From an uncultured virus (IMG/VR IMGVR_UViG_3300005573_000061) (lineage: Duplodnaviria; Heunggongvirae; Uroviricota; Caudoviricetes), in the IMG/VR virus record IMGVR_UViG_3300005573_000061: a DNA stretch of 64,000 bases. One strand, given 5' to 3'. The number at the start of each line of letters is the position of its first letter. The stretch's first letter is position 1. Below are positions 52,029-60,096 of this stretch, one piece after another. The notes under the pieces are model-generated. The model saw only the letters and a program-made list of their open reading frames with translations. It searched no databases and was not told the origin of the DNA. Both the position numbers and the translations under genes were made by a program.

Positions 52029-52412
52029 TTAAGCTGAAATATATAATTCACTTATTGGTAGCGATATAGCCGTCAATTCGGTGTTTTTAGCCATTTCTAC
52101 CCAATCATGTAAAACAGCCAAATTACGCCACATCAGCCTTGCTGTCTTCATTGTAGCACGTAGCCCACGCACCACATAAGGATAATTGGCAATATCCATT
52201 GGCACCAGATTTTCTGCTAAAACATCTAATTCATTATCGTTTTTATCAAGCTCGCATGCTTCGGTGGGTATCTGAGCAAAATACTCAAATATATTGATAC
52301 CTGGATGCAATTGAGCTATAAGCTGATGCATAGTCCACATCATAGCGGCACATGCTACCTCTTGAGTATTAGCGGTATTAGCAACAAATTCGATTAAATC
52401 TGGATCGGTCAT
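52029..52412 (-). CDS. Hypothetical protein
   Basis: 127-aa ORF. Confidence 0.55.
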   Translation of the reverse strand: MTDPDLIEFVANTANTQEVACAAMMWTMHQLIAQLHPGINIFEYFAQIPTEACELDKNDNELDVLAENLVPMDIANYPYVVRGLRATMKTARLMWRNLAVLHDWVEMAKNTELTAISLPISELYISA

Positions 52413-52556
52413 TTGGTCAGCTTACCCATTCGCTTATATAAACAAACAAACTAGTGGACAAAATGAATAAAAGTGGCTAAGGCCGTCATACCTCCTACCC
52501 AGGCAGTGGTAAGTGTATACCATCTCAATCTAATAATGTGATGTTTGATCACATCT

Positions 52557-52886
52557 TTACCATGGGTCGAGATCATCGTATTCCGGTAATCCTCCCGAGA
52601 GTTTTGGAATTTGGGAGGTTTGGGATCTAGGAGTATTGTTGGCATTATTTGTATCCTCTTGCGGCTTATTGTGATGCTTTGTGACGGCATTGCGAAATTC
52701 ATCGTTTCGCAAGAATGCTGGAAGCCCAATCATAGCAGTGAACAGTATGAGAATATCGGGTCTATCCAGCGTGGTAAGAAACACCTCATGAACGATACCT
52801 GCAATACCGGTTAAAAATATAACACTATCTCTAGTGATTCTGATGTGACGCTTTAACCATTTCTTTATCCATTTTGTGAGAATCAT
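52557..52886 (-). CDS. Membrane protein (holin-like)
   Basis: Two hydrophobic segments, MIGLPAFL. Confidence 0.5.
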   Translation of the reverse strand: MILTKWIKKWLKRHIRITRDSVIFLTGIAGIVHEVFLTTLDRPDILILFTAMIGLPAFLRNDEFRNAVTKHHNKPQEDTNNANNTPRSQTSQIPKLSGGLPEYDDLDPW

Positions 52887-52962
52887 AAAACTACCCTTAG
52901 TAAGCGAAAAATAGATGGGGCTCTCACTTTTAGTGGTAAGAATTTAGAAACCACAGTAAAAT

Positions 52963-53346
52963 TTAAAGTGAAACGGTTTCAGTTATTTCGATTTGATCTC
53001 CTGTATTCAAGTTAGCGGGGGTAGACAATAAAGTTTCTAAAAACAAAGTACCGGCACTTGAAGCATTAAAAATTCCAATCTTATTTAGAGTAACTGTCTG
53101 ATCGGAGGTAAATAATGCGCTCAAAGTATATGAATTAGTACCTGTTGTATGAGCATATGTGCCTATGGTACGACTGAGAGATCCCGAAACAATTTCACCC
53201 GGTAATGAAGTATCACCAGATGATGGCGCAGTGCTGTCCGCACTCAACCCGATATAACAAGCTGGTGCAAAAGCACCGGTGCCTGTAGAAGATGGATTGC
53301 CTAAGACCCCCGCTTGCCAATCAATTCCATTAGAGGTTCTAGGCAT
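52963..53346 (-). CDS. Small virion structural protein
   Basis: YIGLS..DTSL.GEI..IGIFNA.SAGTL; fold-mate of 7473..7829. Confidence 0.65.
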   Translation of the reverse strand: MPRTSNGIDWQAGVLGNPSSTGTGAFAPACYIGLSADSTAPSSGDTSLPGEIVSGSLSRTIGTYAHTTGTNSYTLSALFTSDQTVTLNKIGIFNASSAGTLFLETLLSTPANLNTGDQIEITETVSL

Positions 53347-53665
53347 TTATTTCTCCTTCTATAAACGGCATGAGTAGTCCTGGGCGAAATTCAGCGCCAT
53401 AACCATCTGGTACCCTATTATCCTTAATATTTAACGCATGCACAAGTTCTTCTTGAAGCTCAGCATTATTAGACCGAACAAAGACCACAGTAGGCTTCGA
53501 CAATACCTGATGTGGACGCAAAGCCATCAATGCTAATTGACAGCGATTTGAGGGCTCAATTTCATCTGGAAAAATTACTTCGGTAATACGCTCGCCGGGT
53601 GCAGTAACCATTCTATTGGCTGCATCTACCGCATGTTGATTACCAAAATGAACATAAGTGGGCAT
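53339..53665 (-). CDS. Hypothetical protein
   Basis: 108-aa ORF in the operon. Confidence 0.55.
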   Translation of the reverse strand: MPTYVHFGNQHAVDAANRMVTAPGERITEVIFPDEIEPSNRCQLALMALRPHQVLSKPTVVFVRSNNAELQEELVHALNIKDNRVPDGYGAEFRPGLLMPFIEGEINA

Positions 53666-53666
53666 T

Positions 53667-54764
53667 TTATCCTCCGACTAACATGGTGATTGGATCCCCA
53701 CCCCATGAAATAGATAGCGATCCATTACCTGTGGTGGTAGCAGTCCCATAGGACACATTGGTAGCTTGCGATGTAACAAATGAAGAGCCACCCCCGCCTC
53801 CCCCTGTTTCTGTCACAGAGCTATTTGATCCTTGAGAATAATTCTCTGAGAATGTCTCAGTATATTGAGTAATATTATACACTGTGTAATCATACGTATA
53901 TTCATTATAATAATAAGCAGTATGCCCGGCTGAATCCGTGGAAGATGTAGTAGAAGAACTATAAGAGCTACCATTTGGCGCTCCATGGGTTGTACCGGTT
54001 ACTACACCATTCCAGTTATAATTAGGCCAACCAGCAGTATAGTGCGTTACGGTATATACACCATATGCAGCACTAGATTGATTATAAACATAAGCGGCAC
54101 CATTGTCAGAGGTAGGATCTGAGCTACCAGAAACAACCCCATTTTGTGGGGATGTAGAGGTTCCCATACTTTGAGATGTGGTGCCATTAGATGTATAGGT
54201 ACCATTAGGATAGCTGTAATAGCTCGTAGTGATTTGCCCACCACCTCCTCCACCATAATAGCCTCCTCCACCAGATCCCCCATCAGCACCAGCACCACCG
54301 TGACCAAATGAATTCCAACCAGCAGGACCAGATCCAGACTGATATGGAGATGTGCCAGCAGCCGATTGTGTAGCACCCCCACCTGGGCCGCTTCCGGTAC
54401 CATTGGCTCCTACCTGACCAGCATTACCACCATTACCATTTCCATCAGATGCGCCACCGCCACCCGCAGCCACTAAAAGCTTTTGAGATGTAGCATCGGA
54501 TAAAAATGTACCATCTCCGGAATAAATACCATTGGAGCTAGTGCCACCATATGCAGCCGATTGTCCACCTACATAGACATTTAAAGTATCGCCTGGTGTT
54601 ACTGGCAAAATTGCACTCACCACAGCGCCTTTACCACCAGAATAAGACGAGTTGCTAGGCGCTTGACCAGATGCACCTTGCGCACTGACAATAATTTCAG
54701 TTACGCCATTAGGTACAGTCCACGTTTGAGTTGAGCCAGTATAAGTGAAGCCGACATTATTCAT
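53667..54764 (-). CDS. Glycine-rich virion protein (fibre/receptor-binding-like)
   Basis: FTYTG..QTWTVP.GV, AAGGGG, GGGGYYGGGGG, GGGGGGSS. Confidence 0.75.
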   Translation of the reverse strand: MNNVGFTYTGSTQTWTVPNGVTEIIVSAQGASGQAPSNSSYSGGKGAVVSAILPVTPGDTLNVYVGGQSAAYGGTSSNGIYSGDGTFLSDATSQKLLVAAGGGGASDGNGNGGNAGQVGANGTGSGPGGGATQSAAGTSPYQSGSGPAGWNSFGHGGAGADGGSGGGGYYGGGGGGQITTSYYSYPNGTYTSNGTTSQSMGTSTSPQNGVVSGSSDPTSDNGAAYVYNQSSAAYGVYTVTHYTAGWPNYNWNGVVTGTTHGAPNGSSYSSSTTSSTDSAGHTAYYYNEYTYDYTVYNITQYTETFSENYSQGSNSSVTETGGGGGGSSFVTSQATNVSYGTATTTGNGSLSISWGGDPITMLVGG

Positions 54765-56608
54765 TAGACAAGTCTCTGCACATCAATCCAAATAACCAGC
54801 GACCAGCCTATGGGCTGAGGACTAGACACGGCAGTAACCACGGGTTGAATCAAATCCCCCTGCGCAAATGTAATGGTGCCTGTTGGAGTAAGCAACGCCG
54901 ATTCAGTGGACGTCACATTGAGCCCGCTCATACCAGCAATAGCTGTACCATTTTGATTCAATGAGAAAGTAAGACTTCCCGATTCACACACACTCATAGC
55001 CCCACGTAAGCGAGCATTGGTTACATTCGTCAATACTGGCGCAAAAAATGGGGGCAGCGAGTTACTATTTCCAGAAGGAACAGATACATTACCTTGTACG
55101 CTATACGTAAAAGTGCGTGGATCCCAACCAGGATATGTGACATCATCAATTACTAAAGGAGCGGTAATAGCTCGTCCACCATCCACCAAAACGTATTGAG
55201 TATTTCCTGTAATAACAGGAACACTCTTACTTGTAGGTCTTCTAACAACCAGAGTCTTATTGGTGGGGACAGAAAGACACCAAACGTCTTGATCATTCGG
55301 AACCAACATTACTTGATGATTATCCCCCCTCTCTAATATCTCATGATATCTGGACTGCTTTACATTTAGCTTCCAAATATGATTCCCATTTTGATCCTGA
55401 TCCTCGAAGATAGATGTTTTAATTCCATTCACAACACACAACTCTTGAAGAAAATCAATAGTCGTCTTGCACTTTTGGGCAAACACCATGGACGGCATCG
55501 GTCCCTGATCTTCCATCCATTCATTGAGAATTTGTAATTTTTGAGATGAGTGGTGGGCTGATAGGCACCCATCCCCCATAATAGCTACAGACATAAAATG
55601 AATGAACTGTCGATGATTCATTTTTAAAAGACTTCTATCGGGTGTCTTAGTATTATCGTAAGATAAATACTTAGAAAATAAATCAATATCATAAGTCTTA
55701 AATGCTATGTTGGTATTGTTACTGACTGTGTTGCTGGTTTGTTCTATCCAGGAGAATCCTAAATTACTCAAATTTTTACGAATACAATCAGCAAACGGTC
55801 CCTCATTTTGTGAGATAACCATTCTGATAGGCGTGCCCCGAGAATCTCTTATCCAACTTCCCTCTGTAAATGCCCACGCCAAAATTTCTATTTCATCAGA
55901 GCTTAGAGCTACTCCATCATAAGCCGCATACCCCGAGGCTGGCATTAGAAATTGCTTAGGAAGGTTTTGTGCCTCCACCCTTCTCCATGCCTTCCCTCTT
56001 CTTTTTATAATCATAGTATGCTTAGCGGTTACCCTTAATTCTCCCATATCTTGATTTTGGATGGAATAGACGTTAGGAAACTTCTCAGCAGAATAGCGAT
56101 ACACACCAGCGACTGGCTCTAAAATCATTTCTTCAGTATCAATATTAAATGTCCAGACGCTTTCTCCCTCTGTTACATCTATTCCCAATTTCCAACCATC
56201 TTCTGTTAATACTTCTGTATCAGCCGTAAAGCAATGATCGTCACGGGTGGTATCTGTATGGTGCTCATTAGCTTCTTGATAATCAATAGCACCAGTGGTG
56301 TGCTCAAATGTCAGACCAGCCAGGTGAGCTACAGCAGTAGTGTTATTATAACCACGAGTAACATTTACTGAATTATTACCTGCATATGTGGCACTAGCTG
56401 TACCGCCGCTACCGACATAGCTATTGACCAATAAGAATTCTTGCTCAGGCGTATTTCGGGCAATACATGCAGTAAATGGTGCGGTAGGCCAATTACTGAT
56501 AGAAACACCATTGACGGTGGTATCGGTAGCCGCTACGTTAGACGCTAAGGTTGTAGGGGTAGCATTGTTGCTAAAATTACGAGCTAGTATCGGTGTCGGT
56601 GTCGCCAT
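54764..56608 (-). CDS. Virion (tail-associated) protein with intein
   Basis: Exteins with VTRGYNNTTAVAH and DDH|TQY motifs. Confidence 0.75.
   Translation of the reverse strand: MATPTPILARNFSNNATPTTLASNVAATDTTVNGVSISNWPTAPFTACIARNTPEQEFLLVNSYVGSGGTASATYAGNNSVNVTRGYNNTTAVAHLAGLTFEHTTGAIDYQEANEHHTDTTRDDHCFTADTEVLTEDGWKLGIDVTEGESVWTFNIDTEEMILEPVAGVYRYSAEKFPNVYSIQNQDMGELRVTAKHTMIIKRRGKAWRRVEAQNLPKQFLMPASGYAAYDGVALSSDEIEILAWAFTEGSWIRDSRGTPIRMVISQNEGPFADCIRKNLSNLGFSWIEQTSNTVSNNTNIAFKTYDIDLFSKYLSYDNTKTPDRSLLKMNHRQFIHFMSVAIMGDGCLSAHHSSQKLQILNEWMEDQGPMPSMVFAQKCKTTIDFLQELCVVNGIKTSIFEDQDQNGNHIWKLNVKQSRYHEILERGDNHQVMLVPNDQDVWCLSVPTNKTLVVRRPTSKSVPVITGNTQYVLVDGGRAITAPLVIDDVTYPGWDPRTFTYSVQGNVSVPSGNSNSLPPFFAPVLTNVTNARLRGAMSVCESGSLTFSLNQNGTAIAGMSGLNVTSTESALLTPTGTITFAQGDLIQPVVTAVSSPQPIGWSLVIWIDVQRLV
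55202..56233 (-). mobile_element. Intein 3 (~344 aa, LAGLIDADG)
   Basis: CFTADTEVLTEDGWK...LAWAFTEGS...IMGDG...VWCLSVP...PVITGN then Thr. Confidence 0.93.
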
Positions 56609-56849
56609 CTAAAACCTCATGATTAGATAAAACATTCTTAAAAAACTTTGGGTTGATATCTTCGGTAACCCATACCACCACAGGATTCTCCTCGCTCGCT
56701 AAAGCCGGATTTCCATATGTACTTATAGCACATTTATCCCATCCATGCTGTTGAGCTAGCTCGGCGTCTAACACATGAGGCACAAATGGTTTTGTCACAT
56801 TAAATGCGATTTTACCATTAAAATCATATTCTACATGACGTTGTATCAT
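56577..56849 (-). CDS. Hypothetical protein
   Basis: 90-aa ORF. Confidence 0.55.
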   Translation of the reverse strand: MIQRHVEYDFNGKIAFNVTKPFVPHVLDAELAQQHGWDKCAISTYGNPALASEENPVVVWVTEDINPKFFKNVLSNHEVLDGDTDTDTSS

Positions 56850-56850
56850 A

Positions 56851-59800
56851 TTATACTAAATCCTCTTCATCGTCCACTATGTTCTCATAATGGGTACCGG
56901 AAATCTGTAAGCGATTAAAATTTCGTGCTCTAGTAACTGTGCCACCCTCATTGATCAATACCGCCTGCTCTTGCGGTGTAAATACCTTGGCAGATTCTTT
57001 AGCTAAAAACAATTTGGCTCTAGCAGCAATATCCGCAAAGCTAGGATTATGCGATGCCACCGTGGCACCCAAATCTTCAAATGGATCATCTTGTACACCA
57101 GGCTCATGCAATGGATTCTCAGAAAGAATTGCACGATCACTCTGAGGATCGCCCATTTGCTCATGAGCATAATCTTGAGGGTCTAGATAATCCCCATCGC
57201 CTGGAGTTTGGGCAGACATAGGATCTTGCGCATTAGTAGAATGTTGACGATCCCATAATTGACTTGGAGCCACCCCACCATCTGTGGATGGCAATGCGCC
57301 TTCTGGCTCCTCGTGTAATGTAGCATCAGTACCTTCCGAATTATTATATCCTTGCTGGTCCGAGGGACGGGTCTGGAGCGGCGCCTTGTGGACGAGCCTC
57401 AGGGCCTCGGGCGGCACGGGGTCGGTGGAGTAGTGGAACCCCCAGTAGTTGTCGTGATCGCCAGGATCGGGATGCAGGGACACCTGATTGGTGTCCACCG
57501 CCCAGATATCATCATGATTGGCGTGGGGCATGATGTGGTGCTCAGGCCCGAAGTACACCCCCACCGGGGTCTTCCCGGTGTCCTCCTCCGACATGCCCCG
57601 GGCCGAGCCCTCCTGGGGATCTCTGGGCTCCAGGCCGTGCTGGGCGATCGACTCCCGGTTCTCGGGCGGGGAGTGGTGGTAGAGGTACTTGCCGATGAGC
57701 CCCTCGTAGGGCTGCTCGAAGTTGGGGTTCTCCCGAGCAGCCGTGCTCCCCATTGGCCCTTCCGAATTATTATATCCTTTTCCACCACAATCTGAGCACA
57801 TTCCCACCCCACGTAGCCACCCATGACCTTGGCAATTATCACACATCTCCTGCGATTGGGGATTCATATTGGGGCCAGTTTTGCGCCAGCGACGAGTAGT
57901 ATATTGTGGCTGCTCACGTACTTTTGGCCCACCAGCAGGATAATGCGCTACTGGCTCTGCATAAGGCCGAGCCCAATGTAGCATGCCCATAGATGGAGGC
58001 AACACAGACATATAGTTAGGAATCTGATTAGGATCATGACCAAAGCCACTCGTACTGTGCTCTTTCAAATAATTGAAATACCACTTGTCTTGTGCATCAT
58101 CCGCATCACGGGCATACTGAGAATTTACTTCATGAGCGTTAGCCTCTTCTGACTTACGCTGTTGTGAAGCATCTTCACCCAAATTCTTACCCATATAATG
58201 CTGAATTACCTTAGCTGCTTCACCATCATATGGTTCCTCAACTTCTTCATCCCCAATCTTTGCATCCTCTATATATTTAGCTCCCCAACGCAACATAGAA
58301 GTTGTTCCCAGTTCTGGGGCATTCTTGCTGCGCTCATAAGCACGATCATCAAAATTATCATCATCATTGTCGTAATCTGGAGCAATAGGATATCCATAGT
58401 CCCATTCACCATCTACCTTATGCTTAGGCAGAATATCAGGATTCTCGTTAGGACCAGACAGGGGATTAATCCACTGAGACTTTTCAAGACCAGCAGCCTT
58501 TTGATTCTTCTTATCGTGATACTCAGGTGCTTGGTATTCTCCTGGCTTCCAGCCGGTAGGGATACCGCCTTGATGATCAATGCCTTTGAAATTCTTACTT
58601 TCTGAAAGACCACGCCAATGCTCCCAGGTCTGTGCCTGTAGCTGATGGGGATGAGAATCCTTGGATATTTCTTTAGAAGCCACTAAACGACGATGAGCCT
58701 CCCGGTATGCGTCTGCCACATACGCATGAGCACCATTGATGTTAGTGGCCTTGTGGCTACTACCAGCAAGCAATTTCTCATTAGCTGGCTTGTTGGTACT
58801 ATTAGTAGCTACGCCCAATGCGTGGGTATCTACTGTAACATCATTATGACCATATTTATTATTAGGATCCATAATGTTATTGAAGAAACTTCGTACCTTG
58901 TGACCAGCTAATACCTTATCTGGCTCTTCACCTCGGGCAAGGCGTACACCCTTAGTATAGTTAGACTGCCCGCTCATAAAGCCGACTTTTCTTAGCTCGC
59001 CTTGCTCCCCTTTACGCTTAGGCTTAGTACGGGCATTGGGTGTATCTTCAGGCACTCGTAAGTCTTCATCTTTTGCCTGGTTATATATAGCATTGGCGGC
59101 TTCATTGTGGCCCATATCAGCATATTTGGTGCCACTAACAATTCGTCTTGGTGGAGTAGGCTCATCGCCAGGATGGTCTACTTTCTTATTTCCGTCTGGA
59201 TTTGCCTTAGTCTTTGGATTAGCTAACCAAGCCTTATGTTGGTCCAGTTTCGTATGGTGCGCATCCAAGGCTTTATGATAGGCATCCATAGCGAATCCAT
59301 GAGCCTTTTCTTCTTGCTCAGGAGATACCTTGTATGTTTCTCCTCTACGAGTAGCATTATGACCTGTCTTGCTTAGTATGTAATCAGCTTCGGGTTTATT
59401 ACCCGCCTCCCAATCATTCCGAGGAGATGCAGCCGCCAATACAGCAGCAGCATGACGAAGGGGCACACCATGTTTTTTAGCTAAGGCAGCCGCAAAATCA
59501 TGTGCCTTGTTGTACCAAGTCATACCATTCTTTAGAGCATCTGTATTATGCATCTGAGCATGACGATGCGTAGCTATAATATTCTGGACCATCTTTTCAT
59601 GGTCTAGACCTGCTTTGGAGAATGAATCAATAATTTTGTTTTTTACATCATCGTGAAGCTGACTAAATTCAGTAGCAGTAGCATTATAATTACCAGAGGG
59701 ATCATCATGAGGAGCAATTAGCTCCCCTCCACGATCCCGACTATCTGCTCTAAAACGCAACATAGCAATGTTATTGCCCATACCTCCCAATGAATCAGTG

Positions 59801-60096
59801 GTAGGATCATCATCATGGGTTGGACCTTCTACATCTGTGTGTACTGTGCCACCCGAGCCTCCCATTGGATCTGGATCCCAGCCAGTTTCCATATCAGCAA
59901 AACGCAACATACCCAATAGACGAGGGGCGTCCCCACCACCCGGCTTCTCGTCAATATCATTCATGTCAGCGGGTAGCTCACCATTCTCTTCGGTATCCTC
60001 ATTATTTTCTTGACCAAGATCAGCCGGGTCAAGCGTAATCGCCACATGGGGATTAAAAAATCTGTTGTCGCCTGCTGAGGGAAGAATTGTTGTCAT
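56851..60096 (-). CDS. Head-associated multidomain protein: glycosylase-like (DUF7178-type) domain, Zn finger and ART/KptA-like domain
   Basis: G..WY..A, AAASPR..W, KVRSF..N, VTVDTHA, Y..A, QAQTW; CDNCQGHG..CSDCGGKG; LYHHS..SI..GL, GVYFG, IWAVD, PVPPEAL. Confidence 0.75.
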   Translation of the reverse strand: MTTILPSAGDNRFFNPHVAITLDPADLGQENNEDTEENGELPADMNDIDEKPGGGDAPRLLGMLRFADMETGWDPDPMGGSGGTVHTDVEGPTHDDDPTTDSLGGMGNNIAMLRFRADSRDRGGELIAPHDDPSGNYNATATEFSQLHDDVKNKIIDSFSKAGLDHEKMVQNIIATHRHAQMHNTDALKNGMTWYNKAHDFAAALAKKHGVPLRHAAAVLAAASPRNDWEAGNKPEADYILSKTGHNATRRGETYKVSPEQEEKAHGFAMDAYHKALDAHHTKLDQHKAWLANPKTKANPDGNKKVDHPGDEPTPPRRIVSGTKYADMGHNEAANAIYNQAKDEDLRVPEDTPNARTKPKRKGEQGELRKVGFMSGQSNYTKGVRLARGEEPDKVLAGHKVRSFFNNIMDPNNKYGHNDVTVDTHALGVATNSTNKPANEKLLAGSSHKATNINGAHAYVADAYREAHRRLVASKEISKDSHPHQLQAQTWEHWRGLSESKNFKGIDHQGGIPTGWKPGEYQAPEYHDKKNQKAAGLEKSQWINPLSGPNENPDILPKHKVDGEWDYGYPIAPDYDNDDDNFDDRAYERSKNAPELGTTSMLRWGAKYIEDAKIGDEEVEEPYDGEAAKVIQHYMGKNLGEDASQQRKSEEANAHEVNSQYARDADDAQDKWYFNYLKEHSTSGFGHDPNQIPNYMSVLPPSMGMLHWARPYAEPVAHYPAGGPKVREQPQYTTRRWRKTGPNMNPQSQEMCDNCQGHGWLRGVGMCSDCGGKGYNNSEGPMGSTAARENPNFEQPYEGLIGKYLYHHSPPENRESIAQHGLEPRDPQEGSARGMSEEDTGKTPVGVYFGPEHHIMPHANHDDIWAVDTNQVSLHPDPGDHDNYWGFHYSTDPVPPEALRLVHKAPLQTRPSDQQGYNNSEGTDATLHEEPEGALPSTDGGVAPSQLWDRQHSTNAQDPMSAQTPGDGDYLDPQDYAHEQMGDPQSDRAILSENPLHEPGVQDDPFEDLGATVASHNPSFADIAARAKLFLAKESAKVFTPQEQAVLINEGGTVTRARNFNRLQISGTHYENIVDDEEDLV
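57332..57779. repeat. 22-bp perfect direct repeats flanking a GC-rich in-frame insert
   Basis: CCTTCCGAATTATTATATCCTT at 57332-57353 and 57758-57779. Confidence 0.95.

Noticed and set aside
53667..56608. Diversity-generating retroelement target in fibre genes
   Set aside because: No reverse transcriptase or template/variable repeat pair seen in the window
57352..57842. Alternative-frame ORFs in the GC-rich insert
   Set aside because: Expected from high GC; the main frame carries the motifs
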